A DNA stretch of 64,000 bases from Balamuthia mandrillaris (GCA_031835245.2 JAVKOQ020000035.1:1-64000); one strand, 5' to 3'. Positions 35,380 through 49,497 are shown, numbered from the stretch's first letter. The notes: generated from the letters alone by a model not told the origin. Numbers and translations are program-made.

Positions 35380-38300
35380 ATGAACGAGGACCAACAACAA
35401 GCGGCAGTGGGACTCCTTCCTCCTCCGGGCAAACAACTGAATGAGAAAAAGAAAGGGTCCAGCTTTCGACAGAGACTCAACCAACAACAAAAACTGGTGA
35501 CACAAAACAGAACACTCTCCGAGGTGAAAGATACATTTGTATACTCCGTTTCTGCCTCCTCTTCCTCTTTGAGCAGCAGCGAAGAAGCGCCAGGGTTCTT
35601 TTCTTCTGCTTCTTCTGCGCCGGGCGAGGAGGACGGCATTCACGACTGGAACGGCAAGTTTTTGGCTCTATTGGAGAGGCCCAATTCCTTGGAGCAGTTA
35701 CGGCAGCTTTACCGACACGCTCAGGACTTCGTGCACACTGCTGGTTTGCACTTTTGAGTTTGTTTTCATGCCTTCGTTTTTGCTTCCGCTTCTCATTTGT
35801 TGGGTTCAAAACAGAGGCATTGGGCCGCATTATCATCAACGAGAGACATTTGCCCAATGAGAAGAAGACCATCCAGCCTTTCATTGTTTAGTACTTCTTC
35901 TTCTCCTCTTTTCTGCGCTCATATCTCTTCCTCAGTTCTATTGTTTTTTTTGTTAAGCTCCTCTTGTTTTGTCTCTATTCTCTACTTCGCTTCTCTGCTT
36001 GTCTTTTCTTTTCTTTCGTTCTCCGCTTTCTACTTCATTGCTTTTCTCCTTTCGCTTCTCTATTGTATGATGATCCCTTCTTTCTTCCTCTTTTTCGCTT
36101 TCTTTCTCATGAGTACTCTACCTTTAGAGTGGAGTGGCGGGAGGCGAAAAGTTTCTCAGTAACGGCATATGGTTCAAGTATGCAGTTGATCTATTGCGGA
36201 CTGACCTCGATGAACCCAAGTGGATGTATGGTCAAGACTCTCCCGATGATGAAAAGGCGATGAAGTCTGGCGGACACGAGCTCAAAGGTTCGGTGGCGTT
36301 CATGGAAGCCGGTGTTAACCAACTAAGCATTCCCCTTATGGTCCTCATTGGTACCTCTTCGCTTGCTTGTTTCTCTGTTGTCCGTTCTAATTGGGGTAAA
36401 CACAGATTACTTGGGGTTTCGCCTTGTGGCTATAGCGCAGCTGCCGATAACGGCGGACACTATAGTGTATGGCACTGGCGATGGAGGCAAAAGGATTCAC
36501 AATGACGATGCTAAAATGGCCATTGCGATGCAAACAGTAGCCAACCGGCTGAACTTAGAGCCACATAAAGTTGGAATGTATGAGATTGCTGTTTGCGCGG
36601 ATGTATCCTTCTCTTATGTTTTCTTCTGTTTCTGTTTCTTGTACTCTCTTTCGTTCTCTCTCTCTTGGGTAGTTTTCTTTAATGTATTGCAAACGTAGAT
36701 TGAAGGCCATATGGGAAAAGACGGAAAACGTTATGTCATAGACTATGGTCGCGTTTTCCCACCAGAGGGCCTTCCTGAACAAGACAGGTACGTTCTTCTC
36801 TTGCTTTCAATGCTGTAAAATGCTAAAAAGCGTTACGTTTGGACCTTTTGCCTCAACAGCGAAGAAGAGTACGATAAGCGCTCCATTTTCTACAAGCTGC
36901 TACGACCAGGTAAGACCAGCCAAAACAAACGCCAAACCATACGCTTACGCACCAAAACAACAACTACACAGAGCTGGTACGATGGAACCCAGTTGCTTTG
37001 TGTTCAGATGGGTTGTCTGGTTTTGTGCGGTATGACATGAGTGCTGCCAAATACGAGCAGCACATCCAAGAAGCTACCAAACGGCTTACCACCAACATCA
37101 TTCCGTCCTTCGCAAGAAAGATTTACTCCAAGAGTTACGCCAAACACTTCATCACTTTGGTTCAGGACAACCTCAGCGAACTCCTCAACAAAAAGTCAAA
37201 GATGAGGGACGAGTCTCATTTGACGTTGCGAAACATCCTGACCGAAACAATCGATCAGAACAGTTTGAAAGCCTTGACAGTGGAGATGCACAAACAAGGA
37301 ATCAACGTTCGTCACATCGGCCGCATTCGCCACTGCTTTCTTTCTTTTCTTTCTTCATCTGCTTCCTCGTGTGCTTCTCCTTCGACTTCTCCCACTTGTG
37401 GATTGCGTTCTCCACTGGAGGAGGCTGCATCCTATCCTCCTTCCCTGTTTTGCCAAATAATGAAAAGCTACTATGAAAGCAGGCTGGAAAGAGGAATGTC
37501 CTCCGCCATGAACACGTTGTTGCTGGTGGAAATGGTGGTCAGAGTGGTGAAATGCATCTTCAGGCGGCTTTTGCGACAGCCCTCTCGCGGCTCGATCCGC
37601 TTCGAAGTGTTGAAGCTGCTGAACCTTTTGTTTTGTGGAGAATCGGCATCAGGTACTAGATTCTTTTTCGTTTCGTTTTCGTGCCTTTCTTTCGTGGTGC
37701 ATTCTGTACCATTGACTCTAACTATATGTTTTTGTGGGCTTTGGTATCATGAAGAGGGAATGCAGTTTTGGGAAAACGATATCAAGAATGGCATTCTGCA
37801 AAAGTTTGGGCGAGAGGCGCTCTTTGAGGAAGAGAGGACCTACAGAGGATATCTTTTCAACACAATCTTTGAGTATAAGAATATTCCATTGCTGTTGCTT
37901 CAACGCTTGTGTGAAATGGTATTTAATATCTATCGCAGTAACACCCTTACCTTGCTTACTATAGACCTTCCATTCACAATGAATTACAGACAGGCATTCG
38001 TCTGAGTTCACAAGCGTGGGTTAGCGTTTCAGCTGCACCCAGCCGTTTCCAGTTCCTTGAACCGGATCTCAAAGAAGTTGGAGCACGCGGTACACCCCTT
38101 GCCCTTCTACTTCTCCTCTACCTGGTTAGTCGTTCTTACATTAGCTGATTCATATCGTCAGTGAAATACCAAACAGTGGTGGATGTGGCAGAAGGGAAAG
38201 CTCTCTTCAAACAGGCGGCCCAACACAGCAGCAAATCCTTCTTTCTCTCCATCGACCAAGCTGCTTCTTCCTCTTCTTCAGCGACTTCCATTGCGTTTCC

Positions 38301-40475
38301 AACTTCCTTCTCAGAAGAGCAAAAGTGGAGGGAACTTCATCTGCTGAGCAGCATCCGTCTTTTGGACTGCGCCAAACTGAGGTTCGAGTCTGCCATGAGC
38401 TCCAACACTCAGTCATTTCAAGTGCTGTACTATCATGGCAGAGTGTTGTTGGAACTGGAAAAAGAAGACTTTGGAAACAACAAGCATCAACGCCAGCTCA
38501 GTGCAGCTGTGAACAGCCTAGAGGAAGCCATCAAACTTTTTCCTTGGTATCAGGCCAAAGGCTTCAATCTTCCTGTTGGCAGCTTGGCGAGAGCAAAGTT
38601 CCACCTCGCGAACGCGTTGAGCCTTTGGGGCGGATGTAAGATCATCCATGATTACTACGTAAGCAACGGAAAGTACGAAAAGCAAGAAAACGCTTTCGCT
38701 GAGAACGAAGATAACAATGTGGATCATTTCTCAAAGCTGCATTCATCCAAGTTCACGCCTCAACACTTCTTCCGAGCAGCAACCAAACTCTACGAAGAAG
38801 CCATTCTGCAGAGCCCAAAGCTGCTGCTCAAACTGGAACAGGAGGCGCAATGCTGGTTCAATCGAGTGGCCCTCATGAAGGAAGAGATAGCTCAAACGCG
38901 GGTAAGAAAGCCTCCTCGCAAAGGAATTGGAATGTTGGAGATAGCGTTTCATCTTCTGGACTTCATCCTTCAATTCTTGAAATCCTCTCCTTCTTCTGCT
39001 TCTTCATCCTCCGCTTCTTTTTCGACATTGTCTTATCTTCGTAGAAGTCGAAGGGAGATAGTACAAGAGAGGCGACATAACAAAGGTTCATCTTCGTCTT
39101 CTGTTGCAGAAGAAGCAGAAGAAGAGAGGCAATGGAGACTTCGAATGGAGGGCTATCAGGTGCCTACAGGGAGAGAAAACGCAAACCACGCTTCGTATGC
39201 TTCTTCTTTTCCTGTTGATTGGACTTGCCCAGTGTGTACTTTCATCAACGTTGCGGGCATTCAAAGATGCGAAATGTGCGAAACCCGGTTTGTTCCCCTT
39301 CTGACGGAAGTCAAGGTTGACGATGAAGAAGAAGAAGAAGAAGAGGAAGATGAAGAAGCAGAACCAAAGGCAGACGGAACTGTGAGTGCTGTGATAAACG
39401 TTGAACTTGCCCGCTGTGACCATTGCATCACTAACGACAAAGAAGATGCAGAACAACAGGAACAAGAACAAGAAGAAGAAGAGCAAGAGGACGAAGAAAA
39501 TGACTTTACAATTGTGCAGTTCGATGATATTGAGAATGGCACCTATTCTTTGTACTCGTCTCTACGAGCTTTGCAAAAACCACGGAAAGATTCCTCATTA
39601 TCAGCAGCATATTCTGTTCCTTATTCTACTTCTTTTTCTTCCTTCACACCTGCTTCTTCTTCGTGCACCTCTTTTACTCTGTCACCAATTCCCAGCGAAG
39701 AAAAACCACAAAAGGAAGAAGAAAAGGCAGAAGCAGAAGCACAACTTTGCCACCAGAAACTGCAACAAGCGCTCAACACCATTCAAGAAGACCGTCTTCA
39801 GTGCATGCTCTCCGAGTTGAAATCCAATTTCTTCATTCTGTGGACTGCAGGGGAAAGCAACAACTATCGGGTCCCAGGGATGCCACCGCCGTACGGCGGC
39901 GATGGCGGAATGTGCAATCCGCCCTTTGCCCCATCCAAAAGGTTTGTAGTGTGCCGTTGCCGCCACAGCAACATCATCAGCAAGCCAACGGAGAGTTCAC
40001 ACCACAACAACGGTTCACCTCCCCTGCTGTGCCATATGTGCCCTCAGATGTTATTTTGCCTCGCTATCATCCCGTGTTGAGCATGCAACAATCCAGCCCT
40101 TCAGTTCTACCACACCAGCAAACCATCGCTTCGCCTCCACCACCACACATAGACAGTTCTTCCCCTTCTCTTTTTATCGGCGGAGCCTATGCTGCCTACC
40201 CCACAAGCATGCCACCGCAACAACCACCCGACCATGACTACAGCTCTTCCCTCTATCCTAGTGGAGCCATCGGGACTCCAATCACCACCGGTATGCCACC
40301 GCAACAACAACATAGCTCTTCTGTCCTGCCGCAACAACAAACCATCTCTCCAGAGATGCAACAACACCAACAATCTGCTGCCCTCCCCCTTGAGCAACAA
40401 CGACAACGACGGCAACCAATTGACGCTTCAACTCTCCAGGAAGTCATTGATAGACTTTTCACAACAGGCCTCTAA
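35380..40475 (+). CDS. Clu (clustered mitochondria)-domain protein with TPR-like region and RanBP2-type zinc finger, paralog A
   Basis: HDWNGKF...HAQDFVHTA, GVAGGEKF, MKSGGHELKG, DYLGFRLVAIAQLPI, IEGHMGKDGKRYVIDYGRVFPPE, EMHKQGINVRHIG; WTCPVCTFINVAGIQRCEMC. The 3' end is uncertain (40080 or 40475). Confidence 0.8.
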
Positions 40476-40530
40476 AAATAACGCTATTGCATTGGCAGAC
40501 CCTGTTAAGCGTTTTTTTAAAAAAAGAATA

Positions 40531-42086
40531 CTAACCAAGAAGTTGAGAAGGAAGCAAAGCGCTGACGACAGGCGTGATATCGAGATGCTCCAGGTAGGCC
40601 ACTCCCACCATCAAAGCAACTCCCAACAAAAACGCCACAACCTCTTTGAATGACTGCCAGAAGCCACTGTCCTCCAAGAGTTCAGGCAAAACCCCCACCG
40701 CCGCAACGTAGATGAAGCCACCTGCTGTGATCGGCAGGATGATACCACTTGTGTCGCCCCATCCTTCTGCCATCAAACCTGTTTGTTTCGCGTGTTAGTT
40801 GCAAAGTAATAGAAAAAAAGGAAAGCAGAAATGATGGTAAACAAGAAAAACAGGAGAAGAAACAGAACAAACCAATCAGACAGCCAAGGAGAGCACCAAT
40901 AGCAGTGGTAAATTGCAAGAGCATAGCACGAGAGCGAGAGAAACCGCTTTGAAGGAGAATGGCAAAGTCGCCAACCTCATGAGGGATCTCATGAATGAGC
41001 ACAGCGAAGAAAGTAGTGAAGCCCAAAGTGGGACTAGCCATGAAGGACGAGGCAATGGCCAAACCATCAGTAAAGTTGTGAGCAGCATCAGCGATCAAAT
41101 TGAGGTATCCCCCAACTTTAATTTGAGTTTCTTCTTTTCTTTCTGTCTTTTTCTGTCCATCTTGCTTTTTCGGTTTGTCGTGTTTATGCGCAGAAGAATG
41201 AGAGTGAGAATGAGAGTGGGAGTGGGAATGACCACCATGAAGACTGCGAGTATACTTTTCGATGATGAAGAAAAGGACGAAGCCCAATAAAATGAGTAAA
41301 CCAATTGTGGTGTCATGTCCCAACAAAGAGGCTTCGCCGACTTCGTGCTCATCATGGTGGTGGTGATGATGATGAGAATGGGAATGAGAGTGGGAGTGAG
41401 AGTGATGATGATCGTGAGCAAAGTCAACTTCGGTGTGAGGAGAGAGAGCGTGTGGGATCAGATGCAAGAACACATCTCCTAACAAACCACCCACAGCGAA
41501 ACTAAGCAACACTATTTTGTTTGTTTGTTTAGCTTTGACCAACAGTCTCAAAACAACAAACAATTGAATGAGAGAGCAGAAGAGAGGGGAGAGAGAAAGA
41601 GAGAAGGAGAGAGAAGCAAGGTACCATGAAGGAGAGGTTGCTTTTCTTGGGAAGAGTCCAAAGGAATGAAGGGTAATATTATGACAGGAGCTGCACTGAT
41701 GAAGAGTGTGGCCGCGAAAGCAGAAAGCCAAGCCCTGTTTAATAACGAAGAGTGACAGAGTAGCAGAAGAAACACAAGAAGAAGAAGAAGAAGAAGAACA
41801 AGAAGAACAGGAACAAGAAGAACAAGAACAAGAAGAACAAGAAGAAAAACATGAAGACACAAGAAGAACAGCAGAAAAAGAGTGAAGTTAGTAACTTACG
41901 AGAAGCAGCACAAAAGAAATGACAAAGAGTGCTTACTTGGTGCTTTTGCTGTATGAAGACGACAAAGAGAGGGTGTCGTCCAACAGGGCCTGTACTTTCT
42001 CCACCTCTTCGTGTGCATGCCCATGGTCATGGTCATGTTCGTGTTCATGATGCTCGTGTTCATGGTGCTCGTGCTCGTGAGGATGG

Positions 42087-42175
<89 letters not shown>

Positions 42176-42385
42176 AGGATGGTCATGCGCATGCTCGTGC
42201 TCATGTTCGTGAGGATGGTCGTGCGCATGCTCATGCTCATGGTGCAGGGCGTGTTGAGCAGCCGGCAGTGCCTCGGCAAAGCAAATGAGGTGCAGCAGGG
42301 TGGCGCCCAACAACGCAAACATGACTCGCTCCATGAAGCGGACGTCCCCAAAGGGAAAGTCTCTCAGCCGTTTCTTGCCAATCAT
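40531..42385 (-). CDS. ZIP zinc transporter, LIV-1/ZIP7 (SLC39A7/KE4)-like
   Basis: [65 protein letters not shown]. His-rich N-terminus and loops. The start may instead be 42334. Confidence 0.93.
42028..42245 (-). repeat. Coding (CACGAG)n / His-Glu repeat
   Basis: GTGCTC hexamer tandem on the + strand, encoding HEHEHE... in the ZIP N-terminus. Confidence 0.9.
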
Positions 42386-42801
42386 TTTCCTCTTGCTACT
42401 TAAACTTTGGGCAAAGCTCCTCCTCTTCCGCTTCCCCTGTAAGACTTTACTTCCAATTTTTAAGTTTTCTTTCTTCTCCAATTTTTATTGTTTAAGGAAG
42501 CTGATGTCATTTTTGACGACACCTAAACCGAATGACGTCACAAAAAAACTTTCATGACGACGTGATTGTGTAACGTCCCATTAGTGTCGACAAAATCATC
42601 ACGACGACGTGAAACGTCAAGTGGGGAAAACGAAGAAGAAAAAGAAAAGAGAAAAGAAAGACATTACGAAGAAAAGAAAGATATACCGCGCGGTGAACTC
42701 GCCGGATACCGCTCTGGCTAACACACTGAGTTAGTGCGTCACTCACAGAAGGAGTGAACCAACTTACCTACGGAAAAAACACACAAACAATAGCACAAAG
42801 C

Positions 42802-44073
42802 ATGCCTCATTGCCACTGTTACCCTATTTACAAAGATGGGGATCACTACGTGGAGTGGATCGGACATGGCTTTCATGCATGCGTCTACACGCCCACTGAA
42901 ATAGCGGCGTTCACCTTGGGCTTGGTCAACATCGGGTTTTGGCTCTTTGCACAAATGCCACAGGTTCCCACTTTCTATCTTCTCATTTCATTCTTCTAGT
43001 TTCTCTCTTGTCGTTTCTTTCTTTCTTTCTTTCTAAACCATGAGAAAAGCTCTACAGCAACTGGCGGAACGGCACGGCAGAGGCCCTCTCAGCGGGATTC
43101 CTAACGGCATGGCTGCTGGGCGACATAACGAACCTGGTGGGCACCATTCTCACGCACCAGCTGCCCACCCAGCTCTACACCGCCGCTTACTTTTGCCTGA
43201 TGGACATTCTGTTGCTGTCGCAGTACGGCTACTATGTTTGGAAGAATCGAAGGGAGAAGAGAAAGATGAGGATAGTGGAAGAGGGATGGGGAGGAGGGGA
43301 TAAGCAGAAGCGACAGTTTTCGGAGGGCGATCGGTCGAGCTACTCTTCTTCGGATTACTTCTTTTCGGGTTCCCCTGCTTCGACTCCCACTCCATCGAAG
43401 AGGCTTTATGCCGCTCTTTTTGTGGTCTTGCTCTTTTCTTCTGCGCGGTTGTCTCGAGATTGGTGGGGCACAACAACAACAACAAACGAGGAAGGTTTTC
43501 GGTATGGTGGAAGAGTTCTTTTGGGGTTGGACGAGGATGGACACAGCAGCAGTAGCTCGGATGACGGTCCGCCAAGCTGTGAACCAAATGTACACCTTTC
43601 TTCTATGCTCGCTTTTCTGCGTTACTGCTTCACATCTCTATATTTCTCGTTTTCTCTCTGCCATCTTCTCTCCTCTCTGATATCTTCTGTCCACAAAAAA
43701 AAAGGTATCCTTGGGTCTTGTGCCAGAGATATTAGGCGACATAGCGGCATGGACGAGCGGTGTTCTCTACTTCACCGCTCGTATTCCCCAGATCATCCGC
43801 AACTATCGTCGAAAATCGGTGGAAGGCCTCTCCTTCCCGATGTTCTTCTGCGCGGTGATGGCCAATCTTTGCTACGGCCTGTCGATAATACTCGCTGGCA
43901 TCAAGTTTGATGCGCAGTTCTTCAAAGCTACGCTGCCCTATTTGGTCGGGAGCATATGCGTCCTCTCGGAGAGCTTCATCATTGTGTCGCAGTTTTTCTT
44001 GTACCGGTGGCTGCCCAGCTGGAGAGGAGCAAGTCTAAGCGAGAGAAGCGGCTATACTGCTATCAACAATTAA
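42802..44073 (+). CDS. PQ-loop transporter (PQLC2/SLC66A1/Ypq-like lysosomal cationic amino acid exporter)
   Basis: WLFAQMPQ-LYSNWRNGTAEALS...WLLGDITNL; second loop YFTARIPQIIRNYRRKSVEGLSFPMF...ANLCY...LPYLVGS. Confidence 0.9.
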
Positions 44074-44316
44074 ATGCCTCTCGGGTAGACGGCGGCTCTC
44101 TGAGCATTACTTTACTCCTTGATGAAACGTTCAATGCAGTCCTCATACTTTTGGAGCAGCCAAAAAGTTGGAGATCTTCCAACAGCAAGAACAAGAAAAA
44201 GAAGAAGAGGCGAGAAGAGAAAGAAGAAGAAGAGGAAGAACAAGAACAAGAACAAGAACACAAGGAGAAAAACAGGGTAAAGTTTCCTTTCTTGAAACGC
44301 AGCTCAAGAACAACGT

Positions 44317-47300
44317 TTAGGGTCCAAGAGCACCGTCTGGGGTACGCTTGCTGCGATCTTGCTTCGGCCCTGCAGAGGATAGAGCCCAATCCTCGCTGAT
44401 GAATTGAACTTTTTCTCTCATTCTCCTGTTCGGGGCGGACCGCATTCGTGCCTGCGTGATGGACTTGAAACTGTTAGACTCAGGCTCTTCACCGCTCCAC
44501 AACAAGAAGAAACTGGCTTTCAACTCGGAGAGCATGTCCAACAGCTGAGCTTCTTGATAGCCGTGGAGAGCCTGATGCAGCTGTTGTTTGGATTCCGTCT
44601 CTTCCTCTTCTTGTTCCTCCTTTTGTTTTTCTGTCTTTCTCATATTTTGTGGCGAGTGCGTTCGCGCTGAGGCCGGTCGTTGGTTCTGAGCACCTGCTTT
44701 AGAGTCCAAAGCATAGTTCTCATCGTCCACATCTATGTCACACTCAGAAATCGTAAAGTCATAGTTATCTTCATCTTCCTCTTCCTCTTCCTCTTCGTCT
44801 TCTTTCTCTTTTTCTTTGATGTTCACCGCACGCTGGCTCCATTTTCGACTCACCGTCTTTCCTCTTCGTTCTTCTTCCTCATCCGACTCTTCACTTGAAC
44901 TGTTGCTATCGTAGTATGTTTCAATGTTGGCTGCGTTCAAAACACGTCTTTCCTCTTTGTCCTCTTCTTCTTCTTCTTCTTCTTCTTCTTCTTCTTCTTC
45001 TTCTTCTTCTTCTCCTTCTCCTCCTTTGGCATCTTTCTCCTCTTCATCATCATCTTCTTCGTCTTCTTTTGTATCCTCTTCAACAACTGCTTCCGGCGGA
45101 AGAGGAACAAACGCAGTCTCGCACATTTCGCACGTCGTTCTTCTATCCGAGTTGATAAAAGTACACGTTTGACAAGTCCAATCCTCAACAGGGAAAGGCA
45201 ATGGTGCCAGAGGTGAAGAAGAAGAACGTGCTCTTTTACAAGCAATGCAAGTGTCGCGTTCGTTGCAGTTTGCAACCGCACAAACTCGGCAATGCCACAG
45301 GCCCCTTGCTTCATCTCTGGGTGTGATTACCATTCGAAGCCTCCATTGCTTCTCTTCTTTTGCCTCAACGGAAGCTGAAGAAGACTTCAGTTGTCGTGTC
45401 TCTTTCAATATCTCGCGTCGACTTTTACGGAGATAGGCCAAAGTCGAGAATGAAGATGAAGAAGCAGAAGATGATGATAAAGGAGGATTAGTTGAAGATG
45501 ATGAAGTTACAGCCAGTTTACGTTTAAGGTGAAGGATAAAGTCTAGTTGATGAAAAGCGACCTCCAACATTCCGAGCCCTTTGGGAGGAGGTTGTTTCAT
45601 CCTCGTTTGGGCTACCACCTCTCTCATGAGGGCCACTCGATTGAACCAGCATTTCGCCTCCACAAAGAGCTTTCCCAGCAGCTTTGGGCTCTGCAGAATG
45701 GCTTCTTCGTAGAGTTTGGTTGCTGCTCGGAAGAAGTGTTGAGGCGTGAACTTGGATGAATGCAGCTTTGAGAAACGATCCGTTAGTTCGTTCTTCACTT
45801 CTTGTCCTTCGCCTTCTTCTTCTTCTTCGTCTCCAAACTCTTCGTCGTTTCTTCCGCTGTTGATGTTGTGAACGTGAATGACTTTGCAGCCGCCCCAGAG
45901 GCTCAACGCATTGGCCAAGTGGAACTTTGCTCTCGCCAAGTAGACGTTTGGAAGAAGGTCATTGAAACGCTTGGCTTGATAGTAAGGAAACAACAAGATT
46001 GCCTCCTCGAAGCTTTTAACAGCTGCGCTGAGCTGACGTTGATGCTCTTTGTTGTTGGTGGTGTCGTTGTTACCGGAGTAGACCTCTTTCTCCAGTTCCA
46101 ACAACACTCTGCCATGATAGTACAGCACTTGAAAGGATTCGGTGTTGGAGCTCATGGCAGACTCGAACCTCAGTTTGGCGCAGTCCAAAAGACGGATGCT
46201 GCTCAGCAGATGAAGTTCCCTCCACTTTTGCTCTTCTGAGAAGGAAGTTGGAAACGCAATGGAAGTCGCTGAAGAAGAGGAAGAAGCAGCTTGGTCGATG
46301 GAGAGAAAGAAGGATTTGCTGCTGTGTTGGGCCGCCTGTTTGAAGAGAGCTTTCCCTTCTGCCACATCCACCACTGTTTGGTATTTCACTAAAAGGATTG
46401 GGAATGAGTGACAAAGGCCGAAAGAGAAAGAGAGTAAGAGAAAGTGATTGGAGGTTACCTCGAGCTCCAACTTCTTTGAGATCCGGTTCAAGAAACTGGA
46501 AATGAGTGGGTGCAGCGGAAAGACTAACCCATGCTTGTGAACTCAGACGAATTCCTGTCTGTAAAACAAGTAACAAGCAGCAATTACATGAGAATCAGAC
46601 AGCAAACGAGAGAAGAAGAAGAAGAAGAAGAAGAAGAAGAAGAAGAAGAAGAAGAACAAGAAGAAGAAGAAGAAGAAGAACAAGAAGAAGAAGAAGAAGA
46701 ACAAGAACAAGAACAAGAACAAGAACAAGAACAAAAAGAAGAAATAATAACAGGAAGAGGAAGAGAAACCATTTCGCACAAACGCTGAAGTAAGAGCAAA
46801 GGAATATTCTTATACTCAAAGATGGTATCAAAGAGAAAGCCTTTGTGGTTCGTTTCTTCCTCGAAGAGAGCGTCTGGTCCAAACTTTTGCCGGATGCCAT
46901 TCTTGATGTCATTCTCCCAAAACTGCATTCCCTCTTTACAAAGTTGAAACGAACAGTGAGAACGGAGCGATACACGGAAAGCCTCAAAACTTACCAGAAG
47001 GAGAGCCTCCACAAAACAAAAGGTTCAGCAGCTTCAACACCTCGAAACGAATTGAGCCGCGAGAGGGGTGCCTCAAATGCTTTCTGAAGATGCATTTCAC
47101 CACTCTGACCACCATTTCCACCAACAACAACGTGTTCATGGCAGAGGACATCTCGTTCTCCAACCTGCTTTCATAGTAGCTTCTCGTTTTAGCTATCATG
47201 GAGGTTGAGGAGAGCTCGGTGTTGTGCTGGAGAGGATGCCAAGGAGAGGAAAGAAAAGAAAGAAAACAGTGCCGAACGCGGCCGATGTGACGAACGTTAA

Positions 47301-49497
47301 TGCCATGCTTGTGCATCTCCACTATCAAAGCCTTCAAACTGTTCTGATCGACCGAGTCGGTCAGAATGTTGCGAAGAGTGATAGTGTCACGGTTCTTGGC
47401 TTGCTCTAGTATCTTCCAAAGAGATTCGTTGTGCTTGCTGCTGTCGTTGATGAAAGTGATGAAGTGTTTGGCGTAGCTTTTGGTATATATCTTCCTTGCG
47501 AACGAGGGAATGATGCTGGCGAAGAGGCGTTCTGTGGCTTCGTTAACGTCTTTGTTATATTTGGACGCTCTTCTGTCCATACGTTGAAAACCGGAGAACG
47601 CATCCGAGCTTAAGGGTACTTTGTTCCACCGTACCAACTCTGCCAATTTTTTTAATTGTATGGTTGCAATAGGGAGTTAGGAGTTCGTGTTTCTATAGCA
47701 TCTCGTTTCTTATTCTTGTTCTTGTTCTTCTTCTTCTTCTTCTTCTTCTTGTTCTTCTTCTTCTTGTTCTTGTTGTTGTTGTTCTTCTTCTTCTTCTTCT
47801 TCTCGTTTCTTCTTCTTCTTCTTCTTCTTCTTCTCGTTTCTTCTTCTTCTTCTTCTTCTTCTTCTTCTTCTTCTCGTTTCTTCTTCTTCTTACCTGGTCG
47901 TAATAGTTTGTAAAAAATAGAACGAATGTCCCATCCTTCTCTCCTGTTGTGTAAGTTGGAAGAAAAAGAAAGTTTAGAACAAAGTTGCGAGAGGCAAAGG
48001 GAGAAGAACGAAACTGTTCAGGAATGCCTTCTGGCGGGAAGACACGAGCAAAGTCGATGACATAGTTTTTGCCATCTCTTCCGATGTGACCTTCAATCTA
48101 TTCAATCCTTCGGTCAAAGAACAAATAGAAGACCAACAACGAGAAGAGATATAAGAGAACAAAAAGAAAAATATACATCAGCAGGCACAGCGATAATGTG
48201 ATGCCCAACTTGATGAGGTTGCAAGTTGAGTCTCTCTGCTACAGTCCTCATCGCGCGGTCCATTTGAGGGCTGCTATTGTGAATGCTTTCGCCTGCGTCA
48301 GCTGTGCCGTAGACTATGGTTTTGGCAGATATTGGCAGCTGTGCAATTGCCACAAGACGAAACCCCAAGTAATCTTTTGTACACATAAGTTGAGAGAGGA
48401 GGAGGAGGGAAGCGCTGAAAGAAGAAAGATGGAAAGTACCAATTAGAACCATGAGAGGGATGTTGAGGTCCTCGACAGCAGCATCCATGAATGCAATGGA
48501 ACCTTTTGATCAAATGTTATTCATTCGCACTAAACCATCTGTTTGTTCTCCCGCAACAAAGAAAACACACCTTTGAGCTCGTGTCCGCCAGACTTCATTG
48601 CTTTTTCATCATCTGGAGCGTCTATGCCGTACATCCAAGTAGGAGGGCTTGAGCCTTTTTTGTCGATTCTCAGCACATCCACCGCATACTTGAACCATAT
48701 TCCATGGCTAAGAAACTTCTCTCCACCAGCGACTCCGCTCTAAACAGGAAGCACAGAAGTAAAGAAGAAGAACAAGAAGAAGAAGAACAAGAAGAACAAG
48801 AATGAGAAGCCGAGAACAAGAGAGATGAAAGAGCAAAGGAAAGGAGTACAGTGAAGGGAGGGATGATCTTTTGTTCGTTCGGCAAATGCCTTTCGTTGAT
48901 GATGATACGACCCAATGCCTCTATAGTGTTTTTAAAGGAAAAAGAAAACATTTAGAAAAAAGTAAAAAGAAAAGGAATAGAAAGAAGAAAAAAAAAGAAA
49001 AAAAACGAACCAGCAGTGTGCAAGAAGTCTTGAGCGTGTCGGTAAAGCAGTTGCAGCTTTTCCAAGGAGGGTGACCTCTCCAACAGCTCCAAAAACTTCC
49101 CGTTCCAATCGTGCACGCTGTTGTAGGCAACAGCGGCCGCCTCGCTCCCGTCGACACTCCATGCGAGACTTGTGATCAGGTCATCTTTGCTGACGTTCAA
49201 AGAGGAGCAAGTAGAAGCGGACGCGGAGGAAGAAGAAGAAGTGTACACCAGCTCGTTCTTCACGCCAGAGAAATCGGCTCTTCGCGCCTCGATGAGCTTT
49301 TGCTGCTGAATGAACATTTGTCGAAAACTGGTGCCGGTTTTCTTTGCTCCCCCTTTGAGCCCTCCGGGCAGCTCCGTCCTGGTGGCGGCAGCGCTGGAAG
49401 AGGTGAGACTCGGCTTGGCCGATCCCTGCGAGTCGTTTTCCTCCTCGCTTGGCGAAGAAGGAGAAACCGTTTCATCAGCTCTAGCCTTTCTGTTCAT
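44317..49497 (-). CDS. Clu-domain protein with TPR-like region and two RanBP2-type zinc fingers, paralog B
   Basis: Same exon series as paralog A (HDWNGKF, GVAGGEKF, DYLGFRLVAIAQLPI, EMHKHGINVRHIG); fingers WHCRVCAVANCNERDTCIAC and WTCQTCTFINSDRRTTCEMC. The 3' end is uncertain. Confidence 0.8.

Noticed and set aside
42028..42245. Regular hexamer array as a CRISPR-like or non-coding repeat
   Set aside because: There are no spacers; it is an in-frame His-Glu repeat typical of ZIP7-like N-termini.
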